From an uncultured Methanoregulaceae archaeon (GTDB taxonomy: Archaea; Halobacteriota; Methanomicrobia; Methanomicrobiales; Methanospirillaceae): a DNA stretch of 64,000 bases. This document shows, piece after piece, positions 51,572 to 61,723 of this stretch (position 1 is the stretch's first letter; the number at the start of each line of letters is the position of its first letter). The stretch spans positions 2,144,001-2,208,000 of the forward strand of contig CAVTTL010000001.1 in assembly GCA_963737635.1 (NCBI GenBank), read 5' to 3'. A program made the position numbers and the translations under genes. The notes below the pieces were generated by a model. The model worked only from the letters and a program-made list of their open reading frames with translations. It was not told where the DNA came from and ran no database searches.

Positions 51572-51754
51572 ATGTCAAAACGGGCAGTTGACCTGGTCTT
51601 TTCCGCGACGTACATGCTTACCGATCTCCGTATGATCCTGCGCGAGACCGCACCGACGCACGAACTGGACGAGCAGCAGCGGGCGGAGGCGGCCCGGCTG
51701 CTCGAGAACCTCGAACGGCAGGTCGGGTCCTTAAAGCAGGAGATGCTGAAATGA
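51572..51754 (+). CDS. 60-aa protein coupled to SepCysS (possible SepCysSn-like partner)
   Basis: Helical peptide overlapping the pscS start by ATGA-type coupling. Confidence 0.65.
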   Translation: MSKRAVDLVFSATYMLTDLRMILRETAPTHELDEQQRAEAARLLENLERQVGSLKQEMLK

Positions 51755-52932
51755 AGTGCGGTAGCGGGATCGAGGCCCGGCAGGTAAACGAGCTCTTCAT
51801 CAACATCGACCCGATCCAGGCGGGGGGACGTCTCACGGGGGACGCGATCAAAGCGATCATCGCTTATGGCGACGGGTATTCGGTCTGCGATAACTGCAGG
51901 AAGCCTAACCGGCTCGACTGCATTTCAAAACCCCCCATTGCCGAGTTTCACAAGGATGTCGCGGCATGGCTCAACATGGACACCGCCCGGATGATGCCCG
52001 GCGCCCGGCGGGGATTCCAGGCGGTTGCAAACACCTACGTCGAGAAGGGCGACCCTGTCCTCCTGACGTCGCTCTCGCACTACACCGAGTTCCTTGCGGT
52101 CGAGGGGGCGCAAGGAGTTGCCTGTGAGATCCCGGCAGACAGCCGGCATAGTGTTACACCCGATGCCGCGGCGGCAAAGATCGAGGAAGTCAAGAAGAAA
52201 TTCGGGAAATATCCGGTCCTTGCCCTGATCGATCACGTGGATTACCAGTACGGTAACCTGCACGATGTCGCCGGCATCGCAAAAGCGGCGCACCAGTACG
52301 ATATCCCGGTGCTCTGTAACGGCGCTTATACCGTCGGCACCATGCCAGTTGACGGAAAAGCGCTGGGGGTCGATTTTGTAGTCGGCTCAGGTCACAAAAG
52401 CATGGCAGCACCTGCCCCGTCCGGCGTCCTTGCCGCTACTGCAGAGAGGACAAAAGAGATCTTCCGAACCACTGCAATCGAAGGTGACGTCACCGGACGC
52501 AAGTTCGGCGTCAAGGAGCCGGAGCTGATGGGCTGCACGCTCATGGGTGCGACGCTCGTCGGCATGATGGCCTCGTTTCCTCACGTCAAGGAGCGGGTAA
52601 AGCATTTCGACCGGGAACTCGAAAACAACCGGGTTGTTACGGAGGCTTTGCTTTCCATAGAAGGGACAAAGATCCTCTCCGAGTACCCGCGAAAACACAC
52701 GCTCACCCGGGTCGACACTACTGCATCATTCGACAAGATAGCAGAGACCCACAAGAAGAAGGGATTCTACTTCTCGTCTGCCTTAAACGACAAGGGGATC
52801 TTCGGCCTCATCCCAGGCGCTACCCGGGTCTGGAAGTTCAATACGTATGGCATAACCGCAAAACAGGCCCGGTACCTTGCCGATGCTTTTGTCGCGGTGG
52901 CCCGGGAGAACGGGCTTATGGCTCATCCGTAA
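51751..52932 (+). CDS. pscS: O-phospho-L-seryl-tRNA:Cys-tRNA synthase
   Basis: INIDPIQAGG, DGYSVCD.C, GSGHKSMAA..PSG, ELMGCT. Confidence 0.95.
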   Translation: MKCGSGIEARQVNELFINIDPIQAGGRLTGDAIKAIIAYGDGYSVCDNCRKPNRLDCISKPPIAEFHKDVAAWLNMDTARMMPGARRGFQAVANTYVEKGDPVLLTSLSHYTEFLAVEGAQGVACEIPADSRHSVTPDAAAAKIEEVKKKFGKYPVLALIDHVDYQYGNLHDVAGIAKAAHQYDIPVLCNGAYTVGTMPVDGKALGVDFVVGSGHKSMAAPAPSGVLAATAERTKEIFRTTAIEGDVTGRKFGVKEPELMGCTLMGATLVGMMASFPHVKERVKHFDRELENNRVVTEALLSIEGTKILSEYPRKHTLTRVDTTASFDKIAETHKKKGFYFSSALNDKGIFGLIPGATRVWKFNTYGITAKQARYLADAFVAVARENGLMAHP

Positions 52933-53068
52933 CCGGTTTATCTTTTTTTGCAGACGTTATGAAAAATAGGTTAAGAGGGAATTATCATCGGTAGCCCTCA
53001 AAGAAGGTTTTCGTCTCAGGGCTTCTGGATCGGGAATTACGGTAAATGAACCCCGGCAAAAAGGGAGA

Positions 53069-54205
53069 TTATTTATTTTTCCTGATCAGGATCGCACCAC
53101 CGCAGATCCCAAGAGCACCCACGGCGATAACCGGGGAAAGCCCTGCCTTTGTTGGCTGTGAAGAGGCAGTTGGCTGCGAACCGGGGGATTGCGAGGAGAC
53201 TGTTGGCTGGGCAGCAGGAGTAAGTGTTCCCGATACCTGCGTGTAACTGCCTGCAGTTACCGTTACCGATGACGTCCAGTTCTGGTACCCGTTCGTGCTT
53301 ACCAGGAGCGTGTGGCTCCCTTGGGGTATATTTGAAAGAACCATGGGGGTAATGCCTTTGTACGTATTATCAAGGAAGATAGTGGCTCCTGATGGAGATG
53401 AGCCCACGTTGATCTGGCCGGTCGTATCCGGCGTCGGGCCTGGCGTTACGGGCACCATGGTTGCCCAAATGTCCGTGATAATGCCCGGCTGGACCTGGGC
53501 AGTCTGGGTATACGTCTGATAGTCCGGCATAGTGAGAACGACGTTATAGGCTCCCGTGTTAAGCTGCGTAACGTAGACGGCGGAGCCTGAGGGCGTGGTA
53601 CCCTCATAATTGTTATTCACGTAGACTGCTGCTCCCCCAGGCGTCGAGGATATCTGCAGATCGCCGTACCCGGAATCATATGAATACGGGGTCATACCCG
53701 GCGTCGTGGTCGTGGTCTGGCCGGCAGTAATCAAAAACGTAGTTGTGTAATCATAGTAGCCGGCTTTCTGGAGTTCGAGCGAGTGGCTCCCCGGGGAAAG
53801 GGCGACACCGCTCGCACCGTTTCCATAGTATACCCCGTCAATCCAGATGTCCGCTCCGTTCAGGTTGTTGACGTCCAGCCACCCGACAGCGGAGGGAGTA
53901 GGTACCAGTTGTGCGTACACATCGGATGTCGTGCCGTCGCTTCCTGCCCAGTCATCCTCGCTCCAGGTCTGGTAACCGTCCAGATACACGGTGAAGGTAT
54001 GGTGACTGAACGCGGTCACGGCCCATGTTTCCGGGGTATAGTCACACGAATAATAGCCATCCATACAGACATAGGCACCCGAGGGGCTTGACGTTACATC
54101 AAACCATGCGTTGCCAGCCGCAACCGGTGCGATACACACAAGAATGACAAGAAGAAAAACCCCGGCAAATACCGGTACTCGCTTATTTTGGAAAATGTGT
54201 TGCAT
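53069..54205 (-). CDS. Secreted PEGA-domain protein with C-terminal TM anchor
   Basis: Signal peptide, repeats of SSPSGA.VY.D...G.TP, Thr/Pro linker, TKAGLSP-TM-RKNK tail. Confidence 0.88.
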   Translation of the reverse strand: MQHIFQNKRVPVFAGVFLLVILVCIAPVAAGNAWFDVTSSPSGAYVCMDGYYSCDYTPETWAVTAFSHHTFTVYLDGYQTWSEDDWAGSDGTTSDVYAQLVPTPSAVGWLDVNNLNGADIWIDGVYYGNGASGVALSPGSHSLELQKAGYYDYTTTFLITAGQTTTTTPGMTPYSYDSGYGDLQISSTPGGAAVYVNNNYEGTTPSGSAVYVTQLNTGAYNVVLTMPDYQTYTQTAQVQPGIITDIWATMVPVTPGPTPDTTGQINVGSSPSGATIFLDNTYKGITPMVLSNIPQGSHTLLVSTNGYQNWTSSVTVTAGSYTQVSGTLTPAAQPTVSSQSPGSQPTASSQPTKAGLSPVIAVGALGICGGAILIRKNK

Positions 54206-54323
54206 ATATGCCCTTTTAAATCTCCATATAAGAATTTTTTTATTTCGTGGCAAAATGCTATGATTTTCCAGATTTTCTGCAAAGCCGGTTTGGGGGATTC
54301 AACGATTCATCTTACCGGGTTAA

Positions 54324-54513
54324 AGAAACCCACAAAAAGACGGGATCCTACCTCTCGCCCATGTTGAACGATATGGGAATCTTCGGTAGTATGCCCGGAG
54401 CTACCCGGATCTGGCTGTTCAATACCTATGGCATGACCGCAAAACAGGCCTGGTACCTTGCGGATGCCTTTATCGCAGTGGCCCGGGAGAACGGGCTCGC
54501 GGTTACTCCCTGA
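54324..54513 (+). pseudogene. Diverged duplicate of the last 190 bp of pscS
   Basis: Colinear with 52743..52932: ETHKK.G.Y.S..LND.GIFG..PGATR.W.FNTYG.TAKQA.YLADAF.AVARENGL. Confidence 0.85.
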
Positions 54514-54549
54514 CCGATATTTTTGTCTGTCTCCCATAAAAAGGGAGAC

Positions 54550-55083
54550 TTACTTTTCGTTGGCAGCAGAAAGTATGAATTTATCAAGAAATGCGAGAAT
54601 CCCATACATGCCGGTAGCGACAATGAGCTCCGCAAGAGTGAGAATGATCAAATCCAGCCTCATCTGAAATGCGATATTACCTGAATACATCACCTCTCCT
54701 CCAATCATCCCGAAAAGTGCAAGGATGAAATAGGTCCCGATACCCGCGACGAGAACGACAGCATATGAGGGAATATTCGAATAAAATCTCCGGAACACCG
54801 GCAATGGCGTAAGAATGAGAAATGCAGCAGACAGCAACGCGGAAACCAGATCAGTTGCCCAATGCTGGCCGTAAGACTCCGGTGTTTCAAGATGGCCGGT
54901 ATGAAGGAAGGACCAGACGAAGGAAGCTACAACAATCGCAGGAGGAATAAGATATGCCGCCTGCCGAAAAGGAAGCCGGTCAAAGAGGATTTGAATGACC
55001 AGCGCGATCACGGCGATGGCAAGTCCGAAGGGTGCAAGAAAAAGAGCGATCACCACATTTCCCGGATCAAAAAAGAACATCAT
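54550..55083 (-). CDS. Hypothetical membrane protein
   Basis: About 5 hydrophobic segments. Confidence 0.7.
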   Translation of the reverse strand: MMFFFDPGNVVIALFLAPFGLAIAVIALVIQILFDRLPFRQAAYLIPPAIVVASFVWSFLHTGHLETPESYGQHWATDLVSALLSAAFLILTPLPVFRRFYSNIPSYAVVLVAGIGTYFILALFGMIGGEVMYSGNIAFQMRLDLIILTLAELIVATGMYGILAFLDKFILSAANEK

Positions 55084-55223
55084 AGTGAAAATTTATTTTG
55101 ACGCTCTAATATTTTTTTGTTTATGGATCAGATGATCGAAAAAGATACCCTATGCTCTAGTCTGCCGCCCGGCACGGAAAAAAGGGGCCCACAGATTCTC
55201 CTGTTCCGGTATAAGGATAGTTT

Positions 55224-55673
55224 TCAGGGAAAGTGAACCCCGACATCGCCGTTTATCCGGCGTTTCCCAAAGTGGAATGTTATCCTGCTCTGGCAGAAAT
55301 AGTTCCAGAAAAAGGTGATAATAACGGCAAGTACCTTTCCAAGAAGGTAATTGACCAAGAAAACCTCTACTGCGAGATAGAGAATCACCAGGGTCAGGGC
55401 GAGGCCTATAAAGGAGATGATCGCAAACGAGAGGAACTGCCGGACATAATCGCGGCTCGTATCACGGAAATTGAAAAATTTGTTCAAGAGAAAATTGACC
55501 CCCATCCCGCAGCAGTACGAAACGGTCGCCGAGGCGATATACCATATGCCGAAGTCAGTCGTGAAAAGATACAAAAGGCCGACATCGATAAGGGTGGAAA
55601 CTATCCCGATGACGAAAAACCCGATAATCTTTTCCCGGGAAAGAGCAGTAAAAAACGTATTTCCCAGACTCAT
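55224..55673 (-). CDS. GtrA-family protein
   Basis: F.VIG..STL.D, NF.LNK.F.F, WNY...RITF. Confidence 0.85.
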   Translation of the reverse strand: MSLGNTFFTALSREKIIGFFVIGIVSTLIDVGLLYLFTTDFGIWYIASATVSYCCGMGVNFLLNKFFNFRDTSRDYVRQFLSFAIISFIGLALTLVILYLAVEVFLVNYLLGKVLAVIITFFWNYFCQSRITFHFGKRRINGDVGVHFP

Positions 55674-55702
55674 CCCACAACGAACGGTCATACGATAAAG
55701 GC

Positions 55703-57845
55703 TCAGGGACCGGCTGCGCCGGCGCAATCATACAGGGACCCGGTGGTGCGGACACCCGCCCCTAAAGCGCCGGCCGGGGTGACGCTGGTTTCATTTCCAG
55801 AGGACAGGTTCACGGCAGTGCAGTGGTCGGTCACCCAGCTGAATAGTTCACTGTTGCCGCCACTCATCCCGCCGACACCTGTGCCACTGGTGAGGAAGTA
55901 CCGGACTTTGCCCTCCCGGATAAGAGTTGTGAGTGAACTCAGGTTCAGGATCCGGTCGCTGCCGGAAAATCCACCAATTGCCATGACCGGCTTTCCTGTC
56001 TCGATGATCAGGTCTGCCCCGGACTGGCTGCTTGGGACAGCAAGTATCCAGGTCTCATTGGTAGTGTTGGCAAGCAGGTAATTGGCGAGCCCGGACGTTG
56101 CTGCTGCTCCTGTACCCGGCGGGGTCAGCATACCCCGGCCAAAGGTATAGCTTGCATTCCCCAGACCGGACAGTCGTTCCCGGCCGCCGTCCCCGGCAAA
56201 TCCTGCCCGGTCAAGACCAGCCGGCATAATCCCGGCCGCCATTCCCCCAATCCGGGCGGATGGGGGTCCCACAGTGGCCTGGGTGTCCCCGTACAGGATG
56301 GGAGTGCAGGACCAGACCAGTGGGGCGATAAAGAGGAGGGCGATGGCTGCTGTAGCTACACCCGTTTTAAGGTTCGGTGATATCCCATGTCCCTTCAACC
56401 GGAACCAGCCGAGTACCCCGGCGCAACCGATGGTTCCCAAAAGTACAATCGGGACAAGGGGCCCGGACCACTGGGCATCGTACGACAAAAAGAGGGCCTG
56501 CAGGAGCCCGGTTACCAGGTACTGCCCCGACAAAGATCCAGCCTTTCCAGCCTTCGGCCAGGTACTCGCGGAACATTGCGACGACGCCGATCCCAACAAG
56601 AGCGGCAAGAGGTGGCGCAATGGTCGCAATATAATACGTGTGTCCGAATGCGGTCGAATAGCTGAAGAACAGCAGGCCGGGTACGAGCCAGAGCAGCATC
56701 GCTGTAAGAGTGAGCCCCCGCTCCCCGGTAATGCCGGTGTCCTCAAAGCCTTTGAGGGTGAGAGATGCCGGTCTTCGTACCCACGCAAGAAGCCCGATCA
56801 AGGCAAGAGGAAGGAGCCAGGAGAACTGGCCTGCGAGCTGTTCGCCTAAGAAACGGGTAATTCCGGGCGTACCCTCCCCGTTTGCTGTCCCTCCGGGGGC
56901 ACCATCCCGAGCAGCAGCCATATCCCCATACTGACCTGCACCAGCTGTTCTCACGCCGGTTGCCGGAGATTGCCTGAGAGCGCCGGTCCTCGGGTCTCCT
57001 GCACCATCGCCGCCGGCGAAGGCCATTCCACGGTTTTCCAGGCCCAGGCGCTCGAGTCCGTTATAGTTGACGATGAGACCAAGTACCGTATTGTCCCCGC
57101 TCCCACCGATATAGGGGCGCTCGCTTGCAGGCACCATATCGACAGCGACTGCCCAGGAAAGGGAAACGCCGACGAGGACGAGGACAGCGATTCCCAGGTG
57201 AAGTGTTCGTTTTTTCCAGGAAAAGCCGGTGGTGCCAAGGAGATAGACAATAAGAATGGCGGGGACAACGACAAACGCCTGGATCATCTTGATGTTGAAA
57301 CCGATCCCGACCAGGATGACCGAGACCAGAAGCCATGGCAGGGATTGCTCCCGTGTTGCCTTGAGGACTGCCCAGACCGCGAGGAGGAGAACGAAGATGA
57401 GCTGGGTATCCATGGTGCCGTTCCTTGACACAGCGACGAGGATGGGAGTAACTGCAAGGGCAAGGGCCGCAACAAGACCGGCCGGTTTCCCAAACGGCCG
57501 GGCAACGATGAAATACGTGAGGGCAACTGAACCGATCCCGGCGAGTGCCTGCGGGAGGACGAGAACCCATCCCTTAAAACCAAGCACTGCTGCAAACGCC
57601 GCCTGCACCCAGAGACCTACCGGTGGCTTGTCTACGGTGACAAATCCTGCGGGATCAAAGGAGTTAAAGAAGCCGGCGGCAGGGTTGACGAGCGTGCTCT
57701 TGACTGCCGCCGCGTAAAAGGTGTTCGTAAATCCCTGGTTCCAGATGCTCCAGATGTTGAGGAACGCAGATACGATGAGGATTCCGGCGAGGAGAATCTC
57801 TGCCTTGTATTTCAGGATAACGTCCCGGTCGATCAGATCAATCAC
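55703..57845 (-). pseudogene. GT39/ArnT-like membrane glycosyltransferase, frameshifted near 56515
   Basis: FYAAAVKS, TVDKPP, GFNIKM; C-terminal PVMAIGGFSG in another frame. Confidence 0.85.
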
Positions 57846-58008
57846 CCTGCGACGCGGCAGGACGCTCGTTCGTAGCCTTCCTGCCCGGGCATGTTTTGTA
57901 ATGTTTATTGAACATATTGTAATATATTGTTAACCGAAGAGGCCAAAAACCCGTTCCATACAGGATCCCAAAAGACGAGGGTTCTCAGGCACAGCCAATT
58001 GCATTCTT

Positions 58009-59199
58009 TTAGAGAATCTTCCCGTTGCGTGCGGTTACATACCGGACCCGGGAGAGTACGGTATCCAGCAGCTCGTCGATACCGAGCACGGCTTCGCTCT
58101 CCCTGACCGCAAGACCCGAAGCGGCAGTCGCCGGCATACGCGGCACCGCCCGGCAGGCAAGATCGCCCTGTTTACCCATAAATGTCCCGATCTTCCGGGC
58201 AAGGTCGATCGTCTCAGCCTTGTCGTAGGTGATAAGAGGCCGGAGCACCGGGAGAGTGGTGGCATCGGTGATCACCGCAAGGTTTGCCAACGTCTGGGAA
58301 GCCACCTGCCCGAGATTTTCCCCGGTGAGAATGGCCTGTGCACCCTCCCGCCCGCACAGGTTCGCGGCAGCCCGGAGCATGAACCGCTTGCAGAGTACGC
58401 ACCTGAGCCGGGCCGGGATACGGTATTCCTGCATCCGGTCATAGAATGGTTCGGTGTCGGCGACGATCATCTGCAGATCAGCGCCCGGACACCAGAGTGA
58501 CAGCCGCCTGAGGTTCTCGATCGCTGTTTCCCTGACGTCGCTACCCGCCCACCGGCCGCCGTCCATGTGCAGGTACGATACTTCGCAGCCCCGTTTCATT
58601 GCAAGCCACGATGCAACCGGGGAATCGATCCCCGATGAGAGCAGGCAGAGCACCTTTCCCTGTGACCCCCACGGGAGCCCTCCCGGCGCCGGGATACGTG
58701 CATCGTAGACAAGCCCGCCACAGTCCCGGACCTCCACAAACAGTTCGTACTCCGGATCCGTGAGATCGACCGAAAGTCCGGGTATCGCATCGTAGATGGC
58801 AGAACCGACATACTCACCCAGCTCCTGGCTGTTCATGCCCGTCTTGCTCTGGCGTTTTGCCCGCACCGCAAACCGGCAGGGAGGGTGCAGCCGGGAGGTG
58901 GCAAGGGCGACTGCCGCGTCGCGCAGGGCCTCAGGTGTGGCCTCGACCCGGGTGCCGACACTTACGTCGACAACGCCGAATACCCGTGCGATGATTCCTG
59001 CAATCTCTTCGGGCTTTTCACCAAAGACAAAGATCCTTCCCCGGGGGCTCTCGAACCGGCAGGAGTGGCCGGCTGCTTCCAGTGCCCGCCGGATATTGCG
59101 CAGCAGGATACCGATGAAATGGTACTTGACCGGATCACTTTTCAGGAAAAGCTCGCCGTAGCGCACCATCACGAGTCTTTCTAGTTCCTGCCCCGCCAT
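58009..59199 (-). CDS. thiI: tRNA 4-thiouridine synthase
   Basis: VRYGELFLK, THUMP domain, SSGIDSPVA, CVLCKR, GENLGQVASQT. Confidence 0.93.
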   Translation of the reverse strand: MAGQELERLVMVRYGELFLKSDPVKYHFIGILLRNIRRALEAAGHSCRFESPRGRIFVFGEKPEEIAGIIARVFGVVDVSVGTRVEATPEALRDAAVALATSRLHPPCRFAVRAKRQSKTGMNSQELGEYVGSAIYDAIPGLSVDLTDPEYELFVEVRDCGGLVYDARIPAPGGLPWGSQGKVLCLLSSGIDSPVASWLAMKRGCEVSYLHMDGGRWAGSDVRETAIENLRRLSLWCPGADLQMIVADTEPFYDRMQEYRIPARLRCVLCKRFMLRAAANLCGREGAQAILTGENLGQVASQTLANLAVITDATTLPVLRPLITYDKAETIDLARKIGTFMGKQGDLACRAVPRMPATAASGLAVRESEAVLGIDELLDTVLSRVRYVTARNGKIL

Positions 59200-59352
59200 A
59201 GTTATCCTAGATATTGGAAGGCATGAGCTGATAACCGTTGGTGGACACCCTGATGTCAGCCAAACCGGGATCATTTTCCACCAGCGACTCCTGTACTTTG
59301 CACGCAGGGGAGAACGAAACTCTTTAATCGGCGAAGCGAATAGTGTACTGAA

Positions 59353-59984
59353 ATGGCAAAAAAGGCGAGCAAAAAGGCAGAAGAGGAACCACTGAAGCTC
59401 TTCTACATCTTCTACAACCAGGAACGCTGGGACAACTGGGTAAAATCGCTTGGCGAAGCAAGCTTCGAGATCGATCCCAAGAGCGACGAGATGCCCGAAG
59501 GTTTCCGGGTGCTCGATAGTTTCTCGGTCGACATTACGCTTGAAGTGCTCAAGATCATCAAGCTCTTCCAGAACAAGCGTTTTTCGAGTGATGATGCGCA
59601 GGAAAAGCTGTACAGGTCGAGGCAATCGTTATGTCTGCCGCACCTGAGGGTGATCTCGAAGAGATCATCGAGATCCTCCAGCTCCCGAAGCTCGTTCTCT
59701 TTGCGTCCTGCCGCAAGTACCTGGCCGGCGGGTTTGACAAGGATATAAAAACACTGGTGAAAAAGGGCAGGGAAGCTATCGACAAGGATATGGAACAGGC
59801 GCTCGGGATTGCGTCTGATATCGGTGCCAGCGTTATCGATGGCGCAGCCTGCTGCGGGAAGTACGTGAAAGACGATCTTGAGAACCCGACCCTGTTTGAT
59901 GAGTGGCTCATCGAATGCGAGAGAATGTTTGAAGCGATGGGTTCCCTCAAGAACTTTGATGAGTCGACGGGAGAAGACGATTGA
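59353..59984 (+). pseudogene. Conserved methanogen protein (DUF2150-like), frameshifted near 59612
   Basis: FYNQERWDNW N-terminus continues into the 59631..59984 frame. Confidence 0.75.
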
Positions 59985-60433
59985 TTGCAGGCAGGGCACG
60001 GTTCCGTCACGCAAAAAAGATCGAGCGTCTCGCTGGCTACCGGGTGCCCGAGTTCGCCTTTTCCCCGGTAATGCTTGAGACCATCACCACCCATTTTAAT
60101 TTCGATGCGCTTGATTACGCCATCCGCGAACAGTTATTACATTTTTTTAACGATTTTCTCCGGTGCAAGTGCAAGAACTCACCGCTATGCGGCTGCCCGG
60201 AAAAAAAATTTGCAAAAAAAGTCATTGAACTGCGTGAAAACGGCCTCGACCACCGGCAGATTGGAGCCTACCTTTCCGATGAATACGGGATCGAGATCTT
60301 TCCCGCTGATGTGCTCTCTTTTCTGGAAGATTCCGTGCATGTGCTCGAAGCAATCTCGGATGTGGCGCACCTGAGTGGCGAGGATGTCCTTGCTGCAAAG
60401 ACCGTGGAGCATATCCGACTTATCGAGCGTTAA
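59981..60433 (+). CDS. Stand-alone domain resembling the C-terminus of archaeal DEAD/DEAH helicases (DUF5814-like)
   Basis: DFLRCKC..SP.CGC, ELRE.G, YGI...P.D. Confidence 0.7.
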   Translation: MIAGRARFRHAKKIERLAGYRVPEFAFSPVMLETITTHFNFDALDYAIREQLLHFFNDFLRCKCKNSPLCGCPEKKFAKKVIELRENGLDHRQIGAYLSDEYGIEIFPADVLSFLEDSVHVLEAISDVAHLSGEDVLAAKTVEHIRLIER

Positions 60434-60480
60434 GCGGTTTACCTATCGATTTTCATGTGCTCCGGCGATCCGCCCAGAAA

Positions 60481-60503
60481 GTTTATATTACAAAATGTAA
60501 TAT
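60481..60503 (+). promoter_or_regulatory. TATA-like box with overlapping palindrome
   Basis: GAAAGTTTATAT followed by or overlapping ATATTACA-AAA-TGTAATAT (60485-60503). Confidence 0.55.
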
Positions 60504-60839
60504 CTACTTTACATGGTGTTGTTGATTCAGCAACACCAGCATGAACAATAACCGGAGAGAGATCCACCCGTCATGCAAAAAAGGAACCTGCCGGCTCCGG
60601 AGGCAGGTTCTAACAGGATCGACCAGTAAGGAGATGATACCCAGACGCGACGCTCATCACGAACTTCCGTTTGCCAGAAATGGCAGACACGATCTCAAGA
60701 TCCAAGCAGGACTCCTCCGGACCGGTAAATCCTCACCCGATGCACACCGGCACCGCGTGGAGAAACTGCCACACGATCCAAAGACAAGACAAGTACCTCT
60801 TCATCAGAACCATTAACCCTGAAAGATCCAGCCTAATAA

Positions 60840-60870
60840 AGCGGGAAGAAAATCTCCCGCTGTCTTTTTT
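60840..60870 (+). terminator. Hairpin plus T-tract terminator
   Basis: AGCGGGA-N8-TCCCGCT then gtcTTTTTT. Confidence 0.55.
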
Positions 60871-61472
60871 GGTATCCCTTTTGGCAAACCGGACCGTATT
60901 CTGCCAGTTCCTGGAAGAGATCTGGCGCCTGAAGTCAGCTTTGCTTCTCTCTTTTTCATTAAATGAAACGTTCCGATTGATTTTGTAAATGGAAATATTT
61001 ATATATTACAATGGGGTAATAAATCATTGTGCAGTATTTGATCAATCCCTCTGCACTCCTCCGCATATTTGAACACATCCCTCAAGCATAAGACCCCATT
61101 CTTTTAAAAGCGGGAATCTCTCCATCCCGCTTTCCCCCATAGTACGACTCCTGTATGATCCGATGGCATGGCCTCAGGGTCCCGACCTTGAACCCTCCAC
61201 TCGCCATACGCGGGTAGTCTCATATGCACCTTTGTTGTCCTATAGGTAAATCATAAAAGGAATTGATCGGGGGCACCAATACCACAGAGTAAGGGATGCC
61301 CGCGAGGGATACAGGCAGGTAATGACCGCAAAGGGACAGCTGTAGATACTAATCTACCAAGAGAGATCAAAAAACCCCAGGGAATGCCCTCACCATAGCC
61401 ATCTTTTGGTAGATCTCAGGGCAATAAGATTCGTATGGGTAAAATGGAAAGAGGGGCGATTTTGACTTATTA

Positions 61473-61546
61473 AGCCTAAGGCGAGATTTGAACTCGCGAC
61501 TTCCTCCTTACCAAGGAGGTACTCTGCCGGGCTGAGTCACTTAGGC
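61473..61546 (-). tRNA. tRNA-Thr(GGT), CCA not encoded
   Basis: GCCTAAG acceptor stem, anticodon arm CCTCC-TTGGTAA-GGAGG, T-arm GCGAG-TTCAAAT-CTCGC. Confidence 0.95.
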
Positions 61547-61566
61547 ACGTGGTATTCTTGCATCTT

Positions 61567-61638
61567 TCCTATATGGGAAGCGGTCGTTTTTCCTTCGTCC
61601 TTACCAAGGAAGTACTCTACCGGCTGAGCCACACAGGC
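61567..61638 (-). pseudogene. Degenerate tRNA-Thr(GGT)-like element
   Basis: GCCTGTGTGGCTCAGCCGGTAGAGTACTTCCTTGGTAAGGACG: D and anticodon arms kept, T-arm lost. Confidence 0.75.
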
Positions 61639-61723
61639 TGGTTGCCTAGATACATTGTCGGTGAATATTATAAAATATTGCGGAGACCTTTACCAATCCG
61701 CATCCGTGATAGTGACCATTTAG

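Noticed and set aside
58009-59625. N-terminal extensions in the ORF track (ThiI, ODC, rhomboid, MscS, 3426-3896)
   Set aside because: They overlap neighbouring genes or elements; downstream ATGs match the family starts.
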